From Mobula hypostoma (lineage: Eukaryota), in assembly GCF_963921235.1 (NCBI RefSeq), contig NC_086097.1:1860001-1924000 (forward strand): 64,000 bases of DNA. The letters are read 5' to 3'. Positions within the stretch are counted from its first letter, which is position 1. Each line of letters starts with the position of its first letter. The notes under the pieces are model-generated. The model did no database searches and was not told the DNA's origin. It saw only the letters and a list, made by a program, of their open reading frames with translations. A program made the translations under genes and the position numbers. Positions 50,216 to 63,484 of this stretch are shown here, piece after piece.

Positions 50216-51439
50216 CAACACACATCAAAGTTGCTGGTGAACGCAGCAGGCCAGGCAGCATCTCTAGGAGGAGATACAATCGACGTTTCAGGCCGAGACC
50301 CTTCGTCAGGACTAACTGTAGGAAGAGCTAGTAAGAGATTTGAAAGTGGGAGGGGGAGGGGGAGATCCAAAATGATAGGAGAAGACAGGAGGGGGAGGGA
50401 TGGAGCCAAGAGCTGGACAGGTGATTGGTGAAAGGGATATGAGAGGATCATGGGACAGGAGGCCCAGGGAGAAGGAAAAGGGGGAGGGGGGGAACCCAGA
50501 GGATGGGCAAGGGGTATAGTGAGAGGGACAGAGGGAGAAAAAGGAGAGAGAGAGAGAAAAAGAATGTGTGTATATGAATAAATAATGGATGGGGTACGAA
50601 GGGGAGGTGGGGCATTAACACAAGTTAGAGAAGTCAATGTTCATGCCATCAGGTTGGAGGCTACCCAGACGGAATATAAGGTGTTGTTCCTCCAACCTGA
50701 GTGTGGCCCCATCTTTACAGTAGAGGAGGCCGTGGATAGACATATTAGAATGGGAATGGTATGTGGAATTAAAATGTGTGGCCACTGGAAGATCCTGCTT
50801 TCTCTGGCGAACAGAGCATAGGTGTTCAGCAAAATGATCTCCCAGTCTGCGTTGGGTCTCACCAATACATAGAAGGCCACATCGGGAGCACCGGATGCAG
50901 TTTATCACCCCAGCTGACTCACAGGTGAAGTGTCGCCTCACCTGGAAGGACTGTCTGGGGCCCTGAATGGTGGTAAGGGAGGAAGTGTAAGGGCATGTGT
51001 AGCACTTGTTCCGCTTACAAGGATAAGTGCCAGGAGGGAGATCAGTGGGGAGGGATGGGGGGTACGAATGGACAAGGGAGTCGCGTAGGGAGCGATCCCT
51101 GCGGAAGGCAGAGAGAGGGGGGAGGGAAATACGTGCTTAGTGGTGGGATCTCATTGGAGGTGGCAGAAGTTACGGAGAATAATACGTTGGACCCAGAGGC
51201 TGATGGGGTGGTGGGTGAGGACCAGGGGAACCCTATTCCTAGTGGGCTGGCGGGAGGATGGAGTGAGAGCAGATGTGCGTGAAATGGGGGAGATGCGTTT
51301 GAGAGCAGAGTTGATGGTGGAGGAAGGGAAGCCCCTTTCTTTTAAAAAGGAGGACATCTCCCTCATCCTGGAATGGAAAGCCTCAACCTGAGAGCAGATG
51401 CGGCGGAGACGAAGGAATTGCGAGAGATGGTGGAGGAAG
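50216..51439 (-). mobile_element. Penelope-like element 3' part (GIY-YIG + pLTR), inserted in an older plus-strand PLE remnant (50130-51840)
   Basis: Colinear with 445-1655; 'GVINCIRCSRCGLLCIGET'; TCTGG duplicated at 50211-50215 and 51440-51444. Confidence 0.9.
50277..50314 (-). ncRNA. Minimal hammerhead ribozyme motif
   Basis: Same core as 504-541; the 3' strand of helix I is GAUUG, changing a G-C pair to G-U. Confidence 0.8.
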
Positions 51440-52749
51440 TCTGGGTAGCCTCCAACCTGATGGCATGAATATCGATTTCCTGAACTTCTGGTTATGCCCC
51501 CCCCACTTCACCATTCCCCATCCCCTTTTCCCTCTCTCACCTTAAGTCCTTGCCTGCCCATCGCCTCCCCCTTTTGTTTCTTCCATGGCTGTCTGTTGCT
51601 GTCACCAAACAGCTTCCCAGCTCAGTACTTCATCCCTCCTCACATACCACCTTGTGTTTCTCTCTCCCCTCCCCCACCTTTTAAATCTACTCATCTGTTT
51701 TCCTCCAGTGCTGCCGAAGGTTCTCAGCCCAAAATATCAACTGTACACTTTTCCATAGATGCTGCCTGGCCTGCTGAATTCCTTCAGCATTTTGTTGTGT
51801 TGCTTGGATTTCTAGCATCTGCAGATTGTCTCTTGTTTGAATTTCTTGAACTGTCTGAAGGATGTTGCCCTTGGTCGCTTTCTTTGCAGGCACCATCTTC
51901 AATGAAAGACAGCTTCACTGTTTCATACTGACAACATTGACGTCTGTATTCCTGAGCTAAAGTAAGAGGGAAAAGCACTAATGGGGCTACTGATTTTGAC
52001 AGGAGTTCAGTACAGATTTGGACCTTGTGTGAGAGACTGAACTCCCCTGCAGTCTTTCTTTATACAGCACTTATTAACAGCTAATAAGCAGCTGAGGAAT
52101 ATCCGGCACAGGTGAGTCAGTGTCTCGGAGGGGAAGATGGAATCTATTTTTGGCAGCTGCAGTCTGAAAAGAGCATTGAATGACGCAGAATTCCAGAGTG
52201 TGTTGTCGGCTCAAACGTGTGAATGAGTGTCATTTGGATGTGGATATGCTCCACCAACACAAAGCCTGGCTGAAAACAAACGAAAAATAAAGAATTTATT
52301 ATCTGAAAGTATGGAAATTGACACCACAGTGACAAATTATAAGACCATAAAACATTAGACAGCATCATCTGTGGAAATGAATAAACAATCAGTGTTTCAG
52401 CCCACCGAGTTTGCTCCGCCATTCCATCATGCTGATTTATTATCCCTCTCAACCCTGTTCTCCTGCCTTCTACCCATAACCTTTGATATCCTTACTAATC
52501 AAGAACTTATCAACCTTTGCCTTAAGTATACAGTACCTACCTACTTGGTCTCCGCAGGTGTCTGTGGCAGTGCATTGCATTGCACATATTCACTACCCTC
52601 TGGCTAAAAAAATTCCTCCTCATCTCTGTTGTAAAGGGACATCCTTGCATTGTGATGCTGTGCTTTCTGGCCTTAGACTCCCCCCATAGGAAACATCTCC
52701 ATGGCCACTCTATCTAGGTGTTCACTAGAAAAGGCAAAAATAAGGCAGG

Positions 52750-55700
52750 GTAAGCGGAGAAGCCGTTGTGTGGCTGGACCGTTGTTGGAGTGGCTTTGGC
52801 TTATTAGGCTTGTGTGAGCTAAGTATCTGATAAGTTTCTTCATCCTCTTTATTTCTCATTCCTCATCTGTTAGTGCCTCCCAGATAGCCACATCTACACC
52901 AGGTGCAGCTCCTCAGAACATTTTAAAGAACTGGAGCTACAGCTCAAAGACCTTTGACTCATATGGGAGACTGAGGAAATGATAGACGGGAGCTACAGGA
53001 AGGTAGTCAGCCCAAGGTTGTGGGATGCAAGTAACTGGGTGAGTGTCAGGAGAGGAAAGGGAGACAGACAGCTAGTGCAGAGCACCCCTGTGGCCGTTCC
53101 CCTCAATAACAAGTAGACAGTTTTGGACACCTGAGCAGGACGACGTACCAGAGGGGAGCTGCAGCGACTGCTCTCTGGCACTGTGGCGGAGAAGAGGAGC
53201 TGAAGCAGACTGCAGTAGTGATAGGAGATTCTATAGTTTGAGGAACAGAGACAATTCTGTGGACACAATATAGAGACACCCAGGTGGTATGTTACCTTCC
53301 AGGTCCCAGGGTTCCAGGATCAGGACCACAGCATTCTCAAGGAGGAGGGTGAGCAGCCAGAAGTCTTGGTATATATTGGCACTAATGACAGAGATAGGAA
53401 AACTGAGGAAGTCCTGAAGAGAGATTTTAGGGAGCTAGGTAGCAAGTCAAATAGCAGGATCCCCAGAGTAGTAATCTCTGGATTGCTGACTGTGACACGC
53501 ATCTGTGAGGGCAAGAATAGGATGATTTGGTTGAGGAGCTGGTGCAGGGGGCAGGAGTTCAGATTTATGGATCTTTGGGATCTCTACTCCGGAAGGTACT
53601 ACCTGTGCAAAAGGGACAGGTTATACCTGAACCTGAGGGGACCAAAATCCCTTTGGGCAGGTTGGCTGGAGTTGTTTGGGTGGGTTTAAACTAATTTGGC
53701 AGAGGGGTGGGAACTGGAGAGAAGGGCTGACGATGAGGTAGTTAGTTCACAAACAGAGGCAGTATATTGTGAGGCTGCTAGCGAGGGAAGGCTGGTGATA
53801 GGGCAAAATTTTAGTCAATGGGATGAGTTGCAATGTAAAAGGGGGACAAAATAAGAAGGATGAATACAGGACTCCAAGGTGTTGCATTTGAATGTGCGCA
53901 GTATACAGAATAAGGTAGATGATCTTGTAGCACAGTTACAGATTGGCAAGTATGACATGGACATCACTGAATCGTGGCTGAAAGAAGATTATAGCTGGGA
54001 GCTTAATGTCCAAGGATACACATTGTATCGAAAGAACAGGCAGGTAGGCTGAGGGCATGGGGTGGCTATGTTGGGGAAAAAATGAAATCAAATCATTAGA
54101 AACAAGTGACGTAGGATCAGAAGATGCAGGATCGTTGTGGGTAGAGCTAAGGAACTGTAAGGGTAAAAAGACCCTGATTGGAGTTGTGTACAGGCCCCTC
54201 AAACAATAGTAAGGATGTGGCCTGCAAATTACAATGGGCAATGGAAAATGTGTGCCAAAAGAGCAATGTTACAATAGTCATGGGGGAATTCAATAGGTAC
54301 ATTTAATGTCAGAGAAATGTATATAATATACATCCTGGAACTTTTTCTTTGCAAACATCCACAAAAACAGGAGTACCCCAATATGCAGGTAGATTGGAAA
54401 ATCAGTTTAGTGCTGGATTGGCTTTTTAGAGCAGCTCGTGATTGAGCCCACCAGGGGATCAGCTATTCTGGATTGGTTGTTATGCATGAACCAGAATTGA
54501 TTAGAGAGCATGGGCTAAAGGAACCCTTAGGGACCAGTGTACATAATGTTAGAATTCACCCTGCAATTTGAGAAGGAGCTAAAGTCAGTATTAGAATGGA
54601 GTTGTTGTTGTTGTTGTTGTTCGTCCATCGTTGACGTCGATGAGGACCTCGACACCATTATGATGGTGTCGAGACTAGCGCGCGATTTGGATTTAAGTGA
54701 GGGAGAGTTGCGCAGCGTCAGCCTCACTCTGTCTTCCCAATTCCCTTCTGGATCCAGCGGCAAGACAAGAGTCGAGACGGCTGGAGATGGGACTAGGCGC
54801 AGTGGATGACCAGGACGTCTTCTGTGTCTTGTTCTGCTCTACACTTTCCACGACGCTGTCAGAGACCGCCTTCTTGACCGTTGGACCTTCCGTTAGTCTT
54901 GTCCGCTCAATCCGCTGGAGTCTGCCTTCATATGCTGGGATAGACAACTCCCTATCTCACCGAGGGTTTGAGACCCGTCAGCTACCCTCACCTGGTTTAG
55001 CCGGCTTGTTGAAGCCGTTGCCCGGGGTGTGGCCGCTGTCACATGCAAACAGCTACAGGGAGCCACAGGTGAGAGCTGAGTGCCAGGTGGGGACCAAAGG
55101 TGGACAAGCCACCCTGAAAAGGACGCGACATGTTCCCCCACCAGAGGTACTAAATTACAGAGGCATGAAAGCGGAGCTGGCCAAAATTGATTGGAAGGGA
55201 ACACCAGCTGGGATGACAGCAGAGCATCAATGGCTGTACTTTCTGGGAGCAAGTCAGGAGGCATAGGATAGATACTTCCCAAAAAAGTAATTGTGATTTA
55301 ATATCTTTATTCTCATTGTTATGGAGCAATGAAACACAGTTTAGCAGCTCAACGTTTTGCAGCATGACAAAGAATATATACATAAAATCAACTCTAAAAC
55401 CTCAGGAGTGCAGTCCAAAATTAATAATATGGATGGGGGGGGGGGGGTGGTAGGACTATTGCACACCTGCCATTCCTGGAAGTGTGATGCATTTAGCTGT
55501 CACCGTCTTAGGAGGGGGGCAGGAGAAGGGAAGGAGGTGTTATACATTTCACTGCTTGTGGGTAGAAGCTGTTAAGGAGTCTCTGTTTTCGACCTTAATG
55601 CTCTGTATCTCTTCCCAGAAGGCAGAGGGGAAAACAGGTGATGTCCAGGATGAGTGGGATCCTTTGAAATAAAAGTAGCCTTCTTTTGAAGTCTGCCAGT

Positions 55701-57650
55701 ATAAATGTCTCTGAGGGAGGGTAATGTTGTGCCAATATTTTAAAGGCAGGATGACACAACCATGGCTGACGAGGGAAGTCAAAGTTAACATAAAAGCCAA
55801 AGAGGGCAAAAATTAGTGGGAAGTGAGAGAATTGGGAAGCTTTTAAAAACTAATAGAAAGCAACTAAAAAAGTCATAAAGGAGGAAAACATGGACAATGA
55901 AGGTAAGCTAGCCAATAATATTAAAAAGAATACAAAAAAGTTTCTTCAGGTACAATCAGTGTGAAAGAAAGGAGAGAGTAGATATCAGACCACTGGAAAA
56001 TGATGCTGGAGAGGTTGTAATGGGGAACAAGGAAATGGTGGACAAACTGATTAATTATCTTGCATCAGTCTTCACTGTGGAAGACACTAGTAGAATGCCA
56101 GATGTTACTAGGATGAAGGTGTTTGGGAAATTGAATGGTCTGAAGGTAATTGGGTCATCTGGACTAGATGGTATACATCCCAAGGTTGTGAAAGAGGTGG
56201 CTGAAGAGATTGTGGAGGTAATAGATTCTGGAATGGTTCCGTAAGACCGGAAAATTGCAATTAAGGGAGGGAAGCAGAAGAAAGGAACTTATAGGCCAGG
56301 AGAAGGAGATACTGTAAGCATGTTGAGAGCTAAAGGATTACAAGGGACAAAATTGGTCCTATGGAAGACCAGAATGGAGCCAAAACAAATGAGGGAGATC
56401 TTAAATGAATTATTTGCCTCTTTACTCAGGAGATAATATACAGAGTCTATAGAAGTGAGGCAAAGAGGCACCAATTTCATGGAGTTTGTACAGATTACAG
56501 AAAAGGTGTTTGCTACCCTGAGGCAAATGAGGTTGGCTAAAGCCCCATGTCCTGACCATTTGTTCCCTCTGACCCAATGGGAGGCAGAAATTGCTGGGGT
56601 CCTAGCAGAGGTATTTAAAACATCCTTAGCAACAGGTGAGGTACCAGAGGTTTGGAGGATATCCGATGTTGTTCACTGTTTTAAAAAAAAAGCTCTAAAC
56701 AAACTAGGAAATTATAGGCCAGTGAGTCTGACAACAGTGTAGGAAAGTTATTGGAAAGTATTCTAATGAACTGGATATAAGTATTTGGATAGAAATGGAT
56801 GGATTAAGGATAGTGTGCGTGGCTTTGCGCGTGATAGGTCATGTCTAACCAATCATGCAGAGTTTTTCAATGAAGTTACTAGGAAAGTTGATGAAGACAA
56901 GGCAGTAGATGTTGTAAAGCATGTAGACTTTGGAAAGGCATTTGACAAAGTCCCACATGGGAAGATGGTCAAGACCAGTTCAGTCACTCAGCATTCAGGA
57001 TGAGGTAGTAAATTGGATTAGACATTGGCTTTCTGGGAGAACCCCGAGAGTGGTGATAAATGGTTGCCTCTCTGACTCGAGGCCTGTGACTAGTGGTGTG
57101 CCACAGGGACTGGTTCTGAGTCCTTTGTTACTTGTCATCTATATCAGTGATCTGGATGATAATGTGGTTAACTTGTTCAGCAGATTTGCGGATGACACCA
57201 AGTTTTGGAGGTGTAGTGGACACTGAGGAAAGCTATCATGGCTTGCAGTAGGATCTGTATCTGCAGAAAAATGGGCTGGAAAGTGTCGGATGGAGTTTAA
57301 TGCAGACACGTGCGATGGTTTGCACTTCAGTAGGACTAACCAGGGTAGGTCTTACACAGTGAATGGTCGGGCACTGAGGAGTGTGGTGGAACAAAGGGTT
57401 CTGGTAATACAGGTACATAATTCACTGAGAGTGACATCACAGGTAGACAGGGTTGTAAAGAAAACTTCTGGCACATTGGCCTTCATAAATCAATGTATCG
57501 GGTACAGAGAAAATTTACAAGGATGTTGCTGGGTCTGGAGGATCTGGGTTATAAGGAAAGATTAAATAGGTTAGGACTGTATTTTTTCTAATGTCAAAGG
57601 TTGAGAGGAGATTTGACCGAGCCATACAAAACTATAAGGGTATAGTTAGA
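52750..57650 (+). mobile_element. Degenerate long CR1 (ORF1 esterase + ORF2), composite of two subfamilies joined near 56300, with internal insertions
   Basis: 'VYIGTNDRDRKTEEVLKRDFRELG', APE and RT fragments ('GNYRPVSLT', 'GVPQGLVL...RFADDTK'). Confidence 0.85.
54601..55150 (-). mobile_element. Non-autonomous RTE/BovB-type short element, copy 2
   Basis: (AAC)7 tail at 54601-54621; 11-bp stem CTCGACACCAT-TATG-ATGGTGTCGAG at 54648-54673; colinear with 17395-17924. Confidence 0.78.
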
Positions 57651-58809
57651 TATGACCCAGGTTAATTAAACCGAAAGATGTAATGTTAGAAAGCTCCACC
57701 TGTGGACGGATGAAAACGAGGTATTACAGAATTAAAAAAAAAGATGGGGGTGGGGGGAAGCTATGTGAGAACAAGGTGTGGCTGACACAGCATGGGAAAG
57801 CGAGAGAAATGCAGCAAACTATTAGAAACTAAAGATAGCAACTGTTAAAAGTGGAATTAGTAGTGAGTATCTCTACCTCACTTGAAAACCGAAGGGTGAA
57901 ACTCCTGGAGGAGAGACGATAGCGATAAAAGATTTATTGAAGCTACAGCTATGACAAGTATCAGCTGTAATGAGACAGTATCAGCACAGATGAGTGTCTA
58001 AGATCTTTACTGTATAACCAGGAATTCGTTCTGTTAAACCACACCAAGGGAAATGGTCAAGTTTTTTTTTGTATTGTTTTATGAATTGACTTTCTGTGGA
58101 TGATCAACTATTTCATCCAACAAAACAATAAACAAGATGGTGAACCTACCAAGACTGAAGAACCTGCATGGGAATGAAATGTTTAATGATGTAGAAGATT
58201 TAGTACGGTTGGATGTTCAAGTTTATTTTCATTCGAAGGATCTGAATTTGATTTTCTGCAAGAACTGATTATTTTTGCAAAGACTTTAATAACTTACTGA
58301 AGGAGATTTACTTTGTTTAAAAGTTATGATGTTGGAGAATTGCTGTGAAAGGAGTTAAGTTGTTTATATATAATTTTTGAATTTGAAAATGTAGACATAC
58401 TGACTAGAACTAAAGCTAACCATTATACTCAGGAATAGGAATTCAATTAGTTTTCTAACTAGGGATAAATAAAAAGGAAAGGTTAGTCTGTAAACTTTTG
58501 AATAGGGAATAACACTAGATCTAATTAGAGAAATTGGAGTAATAAAGGTTATTCTAATGAATCTTACTGATTCTAACTGAAAAGGAATTTGGTAGATTTG
58601 GAACCTAACAGAATGTTGGAATTTTGATTTGTTCTTATTCATGTAAATATTTTGTATATTTTGTTTTTTTATAAAAAAAACTTACCTGCTGAAGTGTGTG
58701 TTCTCTATTCACTGCCTCCTTCCGCTATCTAGAACTTCTGATAACCTACTAGCACCTAGTGTAGTACTGTACTATGTAATTTGAATTTTCTGTTTATAGT
58801 TATTTATTG

Positions 58810-61800
58810 GAACCATAGAACACTACAGCACAGAAAACAGGCTGTTCGGCCCATCTAGTCTGTGCCGAAACTTTATTCTGCTAATCCCATTGACCAGCAC
58901 CCAGTCCATAACCCTCCAGATCTCTCCCGTCCATGTACCTATCCAATTTATTCTTAAAACTTGAGTGAGCCCGCATTTACCACGTCAGATGGCAGCTTGT
59001 TCCACACTCCCACCACTGAATGAAGATGTTCTCCCTAAACTTTTCCCCTTTCATCCTAAAGCCATGTCCTCTCATATCTCTCCTAATCTAAGTGGAAAGA
59101 GCCTACTTGCATTTACTCTGTCTATACCCCTCAGTTTTGTAAACCTTTATCAAATCCGCCCCCCCCCGCCCATTCTTCTACGCTCCAAGGAATGAAGTCC
59201 TAACCGGTTTAATCTTTCCCTGAAATTCAACTCCTGAAGACCCAGCAACCTAGTAAATCTTCATACTGATATCCTTTCTATAGTTAGGTGACCAGAACTG
59301 CACACAATACTCCAAATTTGGTCTCACCAATGTCTTATACAACCTCACCATAACATCCCAACTCCGATACCCAATACTTTGATTTATGAATGCCAGGATA
59401 CCAATAGCTTTCTTTACAACCCTGTCTATCTGTGACGCCACTTTCAGGGAATTATATATCTGAACTCCCAGATCCCTTTGTTCCTCCACACTCCTCAGTA
59501 CCATACCATTTACTGTGCATGTCCTACCTTGATCTGTCCTTCCAAAATGCAACACCTCACACTTGTCTGCATTAAATTCCATCTGCCATTTTCTGGCCCA
59601 GTTTTCCAGTTGGCCCAGATCCCTCTGCAAGCTTTGAAAGCCTTCCTCGCTGTCTCCAACACCTCCAATCTTAGTGTCATCAGCAAACTTGCTGATCCAA
59701 TTTACCACATTATCATCTAGATTATTGATATAGACAACAAACAACAATGGTCCCAGCACAGATCCCTGAGGCACACCACTAGTCACAGGCCTCCAGTCTG
59801 AGAAGCAATCATCCACTACCACTGTCTTCTCCGACACAGCCAATTTCGAATCCAGTTTACAACCTCTCCATGGATACCTAGTGTCTGAACCTTCTGAACT
59901 AACCTCCCATGTGGCACCTTGTCAAAGGCGTTACTAAAGTCCATGTAGGCAACGTCCACAGCCTTTCCTTCACCTACTTTCTTGGTAACCTCCTCGAAAA
60001 ACTCTACAAGATTCGTTAAACACGATCTACCACGCACAAAGTCATGCTAACTATCATTACTCAGCCCTTGGCTGTCTAAATACTTGTATATCTGATCTCT
60101 CCAATAATTTACCTACTACTGATGTCAGGCTCACTGGCCTGTAATTACCTGGTTTACTTTTGGAGCCTTGCTTTACAACGGAACAACATGAGCTACCCTC
60201 CAATCCTCTGGCACCGCACTCGTGGCTAAGGACATTTTAAATATTTCTGCCAGGGCCCCTGCAATTTCTACACTAGTCTCTCTCAAGATCGAGGAAATAC
60301 CATGTCACGCCCGGGGGATTTATCTACTTTTATTTGCTGTAAGGCAGCAAGCACCTCCTCCTCTTTAATCTCTATATGTTCTATGACACTGCTGCTTGTT
60401 TCCCTTCTTTCCATATACACATTGCCAGTTTCCTGAATAAATACTGATGCAAAAAAAAAACTGTTTAAGATTTCCCCATCTCATGAGGCTCCACACAGAC
60501 AACCACTCTGATCTTCTAGGGGACCAATTTTGTCCCTTACTATCCTTTTACTCTTAATATACTTGTAGAAACCCTTCGGGTTTACCTTCACATCATCTGC
60601 CTCATGTCTTTTTGCCTTCCTGATTTCCTTCTTTAGTATTTTCTTAAATCTTCTATACTCTTCAAGTACCTCATTTGTTCTTTGTTGCCTATACCTGCTA
60701 TACACCTGTCTCTTTTTCTTAACCAGATCACCAATATCCCTTGAAAACCAAGGTTCCCTATGCTTGTTAACTTTGCCTTTAATCCTGGCAGGAACATGCA
60801 AACTCTGCACTCTCAAAATTTTGCCTTTGAAGGCCTTCCACATACTGAACACATCCTTGCCAGAAAACAACTTCCCAATCCACTCGTCCTAGATCCTTTC
60901 TCATTTCCTCAAAATTGGCCCTTCTCCAATTTAGAACCTCAACTCAAGAACCAGACCTATCCTTATCCATAATTAACTTGAAACTAATGACATTACGGTC
61001 ACTGGATCCAAAATGTTCGCCTACACATACTTCTGTCACCTGACCTGTCTGGTTCCCTAATAGGAGATCAAGTATTTCATCCTCTCTCGTAGGTACCTCT
61101 ATATATTGATTTAGAAAACTTTCCTGAACACATTTGACAAACTCCAAGCCATCTAGCCCTTTCACAGTGTGGGAGTCCCAGTCAATATGTGGAAAGTTAA
61201 AATCCCCTACTATTACAACTTCCTGTTTCTTACATCGGTCTGCTATCTCTCCACAGATTTGCGCCTCCAATTCGCTCTGACTATTGGGAAATCTATAATA
61301 CAACCCTATTAGTGTGGTCACACCTTTCCTGTTCCTCTGCTCCACCCATATGACCTCTGTAGATGAGCCCTCTGGGCTGTCCTGTCTACGCACAGCTGTG
61401 ATAGTCTCCCTGACTAGTAATGCCACTCCTCCCCCTTTCATCCCTCCCCCTGTCACATCTGAAACAACTGAACCCCGGAACATTAAGCTGCCAGTCCTGC
61501 CCCTCCTGCAACCAAGTCTCACTAAAAGCAATAATGTCGTAATCCCATGTGTCAATCCATGCTCTAAATTCATCTGCCTTACCTACAATACTTCTTTCAT
61601 TGAAATAGATGCACCTGAGAACATTTCTATTTCGTACAAACCTTTGATTTCTGTCTATACATGCAGTCCTCTCATGACCTTTACCCTCCTCCACCTCACT
61701 ATCTGCTCTAACACTCTGGTTCCCCTCCCCCTGCAAATCTAGTTTAAACCCCCCGGGGCAGCACTAGCAGACTTACCTGGAGGGATGTTAGTCCCCCTCC

Positions 61801-63100
61801 AGTTCAGGTGCAACCCATCCCGTCGTAACAGGTTCCACCTTCCCTGGAACAAGGCCCAATTGTCCAGAAACATGAAGTCCTCCCTCCTGCACCAACTCCT
61901 GAGCCACATATTTAGCTTCATTATCTTCCTATTCCTAGCCTCACTAGCACGTGGCATGGGTTGCAATCCTGAGATTGCAACCCTGGAGGTCCTATCCTTC
62001 AACTTTGCACCAAACTCCCTAAACTCTCTTTGCAAGACCTCCTCCTTCTTCCTATCTACGTCATTGGTCCCTACATGGACCACGACATCTGGCTGCTCAC
62101 CCTCCCTCCTGAGAATACTGAGAACTCGATCCGAGATATCGCGGACCCTAGCACCAGGGAGGCAACAGACCATCCGGGATTCTCGATCTCTCCCATAGAA
62201 CCTCTCATCTGTCCCCTAACTATCGAATCCCCTGTCACTACTACTCTTCTTTTTTCCCTCCTTCCCTTCTGAGCTGAGGATCCCATCTCAGAGCCAGAGA
62301 CGCAACCACTGCAACTTGTCCCTGGTAGGTTGTCCCCACCAACAGAATCCAAAATGGTATACTTATTATTGATGGGAACGGCCACAGGGGTGCTCTGCTC
62401 ATTCTGTCTATTCCCCTTCCCTCTCCTGACAGTCACCCAGCTACCTGCCTCCTGACTTTTACGGGTGACTGTCTCCCTGCAACTCCTGTCTGCCTCTGCC
62501 TCCCGAATGATCCGAAGTTCATCCAGCTCCAGCTCCAGTACCCTAACTCAGTTTGTCAGGAGCTGCAGCTGGATGCACTTTTTACAGGTGTAGTCATCAG
62601 AGACAATTGTGCTCACCCTGACTTCCCACATACTGCAATCAGAGCACTCGACTGCCCTAACTGCTGCCTCCATTTCCTACTCCTAAGGTAATTAGAGTAA
62701 TTAAAGCAACTTACCCAGCCTTACCTCACTGGGAGCAGGTTCATCCTCAGCCTCTGCTCGCCAAAGCCTCAAAGCTCCACTCCTACCCTGAGCCACTCAC
62801 ACACTGGCCACTCCTCTTCAGTTACCCCTCCTTTTATTTGTCCCTGCCAATTATCTCCAGTACTCACTCCCTCTAATCAACTAATCAACACTCTGTTTAA
62901 CCCTTCAGTTGCCCTCCGCACTTCTTTTAAATCACACTCACCTCAGCTCCTCAGCTGTTTCCCAGCACTCAGCGCTCTCCCCAGCCCCTCGCTCCTCGTC
63001 CTGCTGTGACAGTCCCGCGATCACACTGTCCCGAACCCTTCGCTCCTCCCCCTGCCGCGACGGTCCTGTGATCACACTGTCCTGAGTCCCCACTCTGCGC
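58810..63100 (-). mobile_element. Near full-length degenerate CR1 (5' UTR, ORF1 SGNH esterase, APE, RT, 3' tail)
   Basis: ORFs 61739-62173 'CLPGARV...VVHVGTND...DGLHLN', 61386-61736 'SETWL', 60944-61573 'GGGVAL...VGDFN', 59250-59843 RT. Confidence 0.93.
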
Positions 63101-63484
63101 TCCTTTCATTATGTATTGCAATATACTGCTGCCACAAAACTACACATTTCTCGAATTAATGGAGTGGTGGTGCATTTTCAATAGCCTCATTCTGCTCTTA
63201 TGATGGCAGAATGTAGTATAATAAGACTCTTGGCAGTGTGGAGGATCAGAGGGATCTTGGGGTCCGAGTCCATAGGAGCTGCGCAGGTTGACTCTGTGGT
63301 TAAGAAGGCGTACGGTGCATTGACCTTCATCAACCATGGGACTGAATTTAGGAGTCGAGAGGTAGACGCAGGGAGTGGGGGCGTAGGGGGCGATGTAGGG
63401 TATAGGGGCGATTTTAGGGAAGACATGGGGAGTAGGGAAGTGGGGGTGATGCAAGGAGTAGGGGAGTGGGGGAAATGCAGGGAG

